Origin: Candidatus Bathyarchaeota archaeon
GTDB taxonomy: Archaea > Thermoproteota > Bathyarchaeia > Bathyarchaeales > Bathycorpusculaceae
NCBI GenBank assembly: GCA_963715865.1
Contig: OY970280.1
Location: forward strand, 1,662,486 to 1,726,485
DNA: 64,000 nucleotides
Reading direction: 5' to 3'
Positions within the stretch are counted from its first letter, which is position 1. Each line of letters starts with the position of its first letter. Under the pieces are notes generated by a model, which was given only the letters and a program-made list of their open reading frames with translations, was not told the origin of the DNA and did no database searches. The translations under genes were made by a program, and so were the position numbers. Of the stretch, positions 58,928 through 64,000 are shown in pieces.

Positions 58928-59334
58928 TTCCTGTATTCTTGCTTTGCTCCGAAAATCACACTACGTGCCTGATTCAAGCAAGACGCTAACAAAAAGTAAC
59001 GGCTTTAGCCGTAAAAGTATTTGCAGTAGTTACGCCACTACCACAACCACCCTACCTGAGCATTGCTTGAACAAACGGATTAGAGCTTAAGACTTACCCA
59101 AGCATTAGTGAGTGTTATTTTGTTGTTGAAGCCAGTTTGCCAAGAAGACTTGATTGGTGTTACCAGTCTTTTCCAGCGAAACTATTCCTATCCCTACGGA
59201 TATGGAGTGGGCATGGGCATGTGCGGTCGCTACTGGTAAACCATCAGTTACTCATATTTTTTTATCCACTATATTTTGGAAAACAGAAATAATGTAGTTG
59301 TTTAACTAGCAATCAAAAAGCAGGATATCTTTCC

Positions 59335-60150
59335 CTAAAAGAATGAATGAAGGTTTTTGATAGCCTGCTTTCTTAGCCTAAATATGACCGCAATAGAGAG
59401 CATTAAGATAAACAAGGGTAAAATTACTAACCATGAAAACTCTGGAACGGCAGGTGTTGAGGTAGGTGTTGGATTTGCCGAAGTAGATGAAGAGATTGAA
59501 GTGGAAGTTGCCCCATTAGCTATGGTTATTGTTTGTGTGTTGCTCCAATCGCTTGATTCACCAGTAAAATTATATCCGTCTCCAGCCATTAGCTCCGTAT
59601 AGACTATATTAACTTGTCCTATTAGTACCTGCACTTGAAAATCCAACTGACTGCCAGCAGGAACATTCTGTTCATTGAATAAACTGTAAAAATTGATTGA
59701 TGCAGTGGTGTAATCGGAATTTGAAGCGGGATATTCAGGGGAAGATAGACTGCCAGAATCAAATCGACCGTATAGCCATGTGGAAACACCATTAGTTCCA
59801 AAAGGGTAGTAAGTCCATTCATCCCCATAGTGTCCTTTGACTCTAAAATTATAGTATAAACCAATGTAGTTACCACTTGAATCATTATAGGAGGTAAAGG
59901 GTTGATTCTTAATTGTGAACACCATCGTTCTATTGTCTACATGGTAACCCGCTTGGATAGTTACATTCTGTCCTGTGTATTGGTTTATTCCATAAGTTGG
60001 TGGTACATCATATGAATAGTCGACATACTTCAATGTGAATTCTGGGACAGATGGCGTGGTTTGGCAAGACGCAGGTTTAACTATTATTAGGCTTGAGATA
60101 GCCATGATTAGAATAAGGAATAATGACAAACTCTTACTGATACTACTCAT
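59335..60150 (-). CDS. Secreted surface protein with PEF-CTERM-like sorting tail
   Basis: Signal peptide, Thr/Ser/Pro linker, VPEF + TM + basic residues. Confidence 0.75.
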   Translation of the reverse strand: MSSISKSLSLFLILIMAISSLIIVKPASCQTTPSVPEFTLKYVDYSYDVPPTYGINQYTGQNVTIQAGYHVDNRTMVFTIKNQPFTSYNDSSGNYIGLYYNFRVKGHYGDEWTYYPFGTNGVSTWLYGRFDSGSLSSPEYPASNSDYTTASINFYSLFNEQNVPAGSQLDFQVQVLIGQVNIVYTELMAGDGYNFTGESSDWSNTQTITIANGATSTSISSSTSANPTPTSTPAVPEFSWLVILPLFILMLSIAVIFRLRKQAIKNLHSFF

Positions 60151-60197
60151 GCTTAATTCTACAAACGGTTGGCAATAAAAGGTTTCTTGGTTTGGGT

Positions 60198-61826
60198 TTA
60201 TTCTGATGGTGCCGGGGAGTACTGGCTTAGGTAACCCTTGGAAATTTTAGGCTTACGAGGCTTCCAGGCGGCTAACCGTTCTTTAAGCTCCTTATCTGAC
60301 AGCTCAACTTTCAGTATTCTGTTGGGTATGTCGATGGTTATTTTGTCGCCGTTCTTTAGGGCAGCGATTGGTCCGCCGTCGAAAGCTTCAGGCGCAACGT
60401 GCCCAATGCATGGTCCACGGGTCGCACCAGAAAACCTGCCGTCTGTAATCAACGCTACGCTTTCGCTTAAGCCCATGCCTGCAATTGTGGCTGTGGGGAT
60501 TAGCATTTCAGGCATTCCTGGTCCGCCTTTTGGTCCTTCATAACGAATAACCACGACGTCGCCTGCTTTAACCTCATGCCGCTTCATTGATTCTTCAGCT
60601 TCGCGTTCTGAATCGTAAACTTTCGCTGGACCTTGATGCTTCATCATTTTAGGTGAGACTGCCGCCGCTTTCACGACTGCTCCTTGAGGCGCCAAATTGC
60701 CCTTGAGTATGGCGATGCCGCCTTCCTTGTGAACTGGCTTATCCAATGGGCGGATTACTTCAGCGTTTATTACTTTGGCTTCTGCAACGTTTTCGCCAAC
60801 TGTTTTACCCGTAACCGTTAACGCATCAAAATGCACGAATGGTTTAAGCTCCTTAATCAACGCAGGTAAACCGCCAGCGTTACCTAAATCTTCCATGTCA
60901 AAAGGTCCGTTTGGAACCATGCTGCAGAGGTGCGGAACTTTCCGTCCAATCTCATCGTAATTTGAGAGACTAAGCTTAGCTCCTGCTTCCTTGGCGATGG
61001 CTGAAAGGTGCAAAACCGTGTTTGTGGAGCCCCCAAGCGCCATGTCCACTGCAACTGCGTTGTCGAAGGCTTTCTGAGTCATAATCTGTGAGGGCTTGAT
61101 GTCTTTCTTGATGAGTTCAACGATTTTTTCTCCTGTCTCTTTGGCAATTCTTAGCTTTGCGGCGCCGTTCGCTAATGCTGTTGCGCAGTAGGGGAGCGAC
61201 ATGCCTAAGGCTTCGGTTACGCATGCCATGGTGTTTGCTGTGAACATGCCGTTGCATGAGCCGCAGCCGGGACAAGCTACGTTCTCCAGCATTGCGGATT
61301 CTTTCGCGGTCATTTTGCCGGCGAAGACTTTGCCGACTGCTTCAAAAACGTTGTTGACGCCGACTTTTTGTCCTTCCAGTATACCTGATGCCATTGGTCC
61401 GCCTGTGACGGATATAGCCGGCACATTCAGCCTTGCTGCTGCCATGAGCATGCCTGGCGTGACTTTGTCGCAGTTTGAAATCAGCACCATGCCGTCTAAT
61501 CGGTGGGCTTGCATCATGATTTCTACTGAATCAGCGATTAATTCGCGGCTTGGAAGTGAATACCGCATGCCTTCATGACCCATAGCTATGCCGTCGCATA
61601 CGGCTATGGTGTTAAATTCGAAGGGTGTTCCGCCAGCTTCAAGAATGCCTTCCTTCACCGCTTCGCCTAAGGTTCTTAGGTGAATGTGTCCAGGAACTAT
61701 TGACGTGTAACTATTCGCTATACCAATGAATGGTTTAGCTATGTCTTCGTCTGTTAAACCTAAACTTTTTAGCAGGGCTCTGTGTGGTGCCCGTTCAGTT
61801 CCCAGTTTTATCTCGTCACTTCTCAT
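60198..61826 (-). CDS. ilvD: Dihydroxy-acid dehydratase
   Basis: [42 protein letters not shown]. Confidence 0.96.
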   Translation of the reverse strand: MRSDEIKLGTERAPHRALLKSLGLTDEDIAKPFIGIANSYTSIVPGHIHLRTLGEAVKEGILEAGGTPFEFNTIAVCDGIAMGHEGMRYSLPSRELIADSVEIMMQAHRLDGMVLISNCDKVTPGMLMAAARLNVPAISVTGGPMASGILEGQKVGVNNVFEAVGKVFAGKMTAKESAMLENVACPGCGSCNGMFTANTMACVTEALGMSLPYCATALANGAAKLRIAKETGEKIVELIKKDIKPSQIMTQKAFDNAVAVDMALGGSTNTVLHLSAIAKEAGAKLSLSNYDEIGRKVPHLCSMVPNGPFDMEDLGNAGGLPALIKELKPFVHFDALTVTGKTVGENVAEAKVINAEVIRPLDKPVHKEGGIAILKGNLAPQGAVVKAAAVSPKMMKHQGPAKVYDSEREAEESMKRHEVKAGDVVVIRYEGPKGGPGMPEMLIPTATIAGMGLSESVALITDGRFSGATRGPCIGHVAPEAFDGGPIAALKNGDKITIDIPNRILKVELSDKELKERLAAWKPRKPKISKGYLSQYSPAPSE

Positions 61827-61906
61827 TCTAATCAACCTCTGTGCTGCATAAGACACCAATAATTTTATATTTAAGGTTGACGCTCTGAAAAGAGATGTGA
61901 TTTAAA

Positions 61907-63434
61907 ATGGGGTATTGCTTTATCTAACCGCTTCCCTAAACGTGTAAGATTTTTAGACACCACCCTTCGTGATGGTGAACAAACACCCGGAGTATCACTT
62001 GTTCCTGAAAATAAATTGAGAATTGCTCAACGCTTAGACGAGCTTGGCGTCGATGTGATTGAGGCTGGGTTCGCCGCTGCTTCTGAAGGCGAAATGGAAG
62101 CCGTAAGCCTCATCGCTAAACAGGGTTTAAGGGCTGAAATTTCCAGTTGCGCCAGAGGCACAAGAGGCGACATTGAAGCCGTAGCAAAAAGCGGAGCCGA
62201 CAGCATACACCTTGTTATTCCAACCTCTGACATACACTTAAAATACAAACTGAATAAGACACGAGAGCAACTGCTCAAAATCGCCGAAGAGTGCGTCCAA
62301 CTTGCAAAGAGCCAAGGCTTAATTGTTGAGCTTTCAGCTGAAGATGCCACGCGCACGGAGCTTGATTTCCTCAAGAAAGTCTACGAAGTAGGCATTGCTG
62401 CTGGGGCAGACCGTGTTGTCGCATGTGACACGGTGGGTGTGTTAACGCCTGAGAAATCATACGAGTTATTCTCAGCGCTTTACGATTCGGTGAAGGTTCC
62501 CATAAGCGTTCACTGCCACAACGACTTCGGAATGGCAGTTGCCAACTCGATTGCAGCACTAAGAGCTGGTGCAACGCAGGTTCACGCAACCATAAACGGT
62601 TTAGGCGAGCGTGCTGGGAACGCTTCGTTGGAGGAAATAGTGGTTTCGTTAAAGCAATTGTACAATTTGGACTTGCCCATCAAAACTGAGCTTTTGTACA
62701 GCACTTCGCAGCTGGTTTCGCGCTTAACGGGCATACCTGTACAGCCTAACAAGGCAATCGTTGGCGAGAACGCTTTCACGCATGAATCAGGCATCCACAC
62801 GCAAGGCTTGTTGGCTTATCCGTTGACTTATGAGCCGATTGCACCTGAACTGGTCGGTGGTACACGCCGAATTTCGCCTGGAAAACACTCTGGAACGCAT
62901 GGCATACAAGCTGCCCTGGAGAAGATGGGTTTGCAGCCGACTGAGGAACAGTTTAAAGAAATATTCAAGCGAATCAAAGACTTAGGCGATAAAGGCAAAA
63001 CCGTTATGGACGCTGATGTGTTGGCGATAGCAGAAAACGTTATGGGCTTAAGCAAAGCCAAACCAATACAACTTGAGGAGTTAACGGTGGTAAGCGGCGA
63101 CAAAGTAACGCCAACCGCTTCAGTACGCCTTAGGCTAAACGGCAAGGACGTCTGGGGAGCAGCAGTCGGCGTTGGACCAGTTGACGCAGCTATAAACGCG
63201 GTGAAAAATGCAATTGCAGAAGTTGAACCCATCACGCTGGAGCAGTACAATGTTAAAGCGATAACTGGCGGAACAGACGCAATGGTTGAAGTTGTCGTGC
63301 GAATGCGAAAAGGCGACAGAACAGTAACAGCCATGGGAGTCCGCGAAGACATAGTTAAAGCCAGCATGGAAGCAGTGCTAAGCGCCATGAACGTGCTAAC
63401 AACAGACTACAACAACAAAAACAACACTAACTGA
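61907..63434 (+). CDS. 2-isopropylmalate/citramalate synthase (LeuA/CimA family); N-terminus lies upstream of the tracked start, with an apparent extra G at 61909-61912
   Basis: DTTLRDGEQ is in frame upstream of 62016; HCHND, GERAGN, HESGIH, regulatory GVGPVDA. Confidence 0.88.
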
Positions 63435-63664
63435 CGCTTTGGAAATTCTGAAGCCTCCTTGTTTGTTTTCTTTCTTATGCAAGCTTTTTTCTATGCGCTT
63501 ATTTTTGGTGGTGGACGCACACGCCTGCCAAGCATAATGCGCAAAGCTATACGATACAGCTTCCGCAGAGACTTCCAGTTGCTCGACGCTGGGTGCAGTT
63601 GAGTAAATGAGCGGTATTTGCTCATACTCTACACTGCAATGCGTATGGCTTAGATCAGCTTAGG

Positions 63665-64000
63665 TTAAATAGTTCTTTTTATTGGCGTTGACTCGAAGTC
63701 TTTGTCGTTTGAAACTATTTCTTGTGCGCCCATTCGTATAGCTACAGCTAAGTGTATAGAGTCCTCATAATCAAGCCTGTAATCGTTCATCAAGTCTAAT
63801 GCTGTAGTGAAGTCTTCAGGTTTTAGTGGTTCAATTATTAAGCCCTTGATTTGTGTTATAGCTTTAATGACTTCTTCTGTGAAGGTTTTGTCTTTCAAGT
63901 TTTTACCTGTTAAGCCAGCTATTATTACGAGTGTTTCGTAGAGTGATAAGCTAGAGGTCACGTATTCTCCAGGAGGAGAGCTTTCTATGTTTTTGATCCA
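63665..64000 (-). CDS. PIN-domain (VapC-like) protein, 5' truncated by window end
   Basis: LDYEDSIHLAVA...IVSNDKDF. Confidence 0.82.
   Translation of the reverse strand, partial: WIKNIESSPPGEYVTSSLSLYETLVIIAGLTGKNLKDKTFTEEVIKAITQIKGLIIEPLKPEDFTTALDLMNDYRLDYEDSIHLAVAIRMGAQEIVSNDKDFESTPIKRTI

Overview
Archaeal chromosome segment, most likely Bathyarchaeia (inferred from gene content and protein style, not from a marker tree). Host regions (1-17.6 kb and 57.4-64 kb) carry the rpl22-rps3-rpl29-rnp1-rps17 ribosomal operon, the hypE/hypD/hypC/hypF hydrogenase maturation genes, an acyl-CoA ligase, an intron-containing tRNA-Met, Hsp20, RPA and branched-chain amino acid genes (leuB-like, ilvD, leuA/cimA-like). 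Between them sits a ~39.8 kb provirus of a tailed HK97-fold virus (17603-57436), bounded by a 14-bp direct repeat. It has an integrase, a divergent pair of RHH regulators, complete head and tail modules and a glycosyltransferase/radical SAM cluster. The main find is in the proviral early region: a Cas7/RAMP-like gene (19113-19763) directly downstream of a ~1 kb array (19769-20795, minus strand) of 5-nt NGY-NN units in about 13 blocks. Reading only the NN dinucleotides as codon positions 1+2 gives, by hand, conserved motifs of DNA methyltransferases (VDLIITSPPY-N--DY, LDPCCGSGGFL, LDPFMGGGTT, GQFFTPR, VGGPSCQGFS, QVGNAVPP) and a PAPS-reductase/DndC-like motif. This looks like a viral RNA-guided, wobble-skipping system aimed at DNA-modification/defence genes. 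All decoding was manual and no database searches were run.
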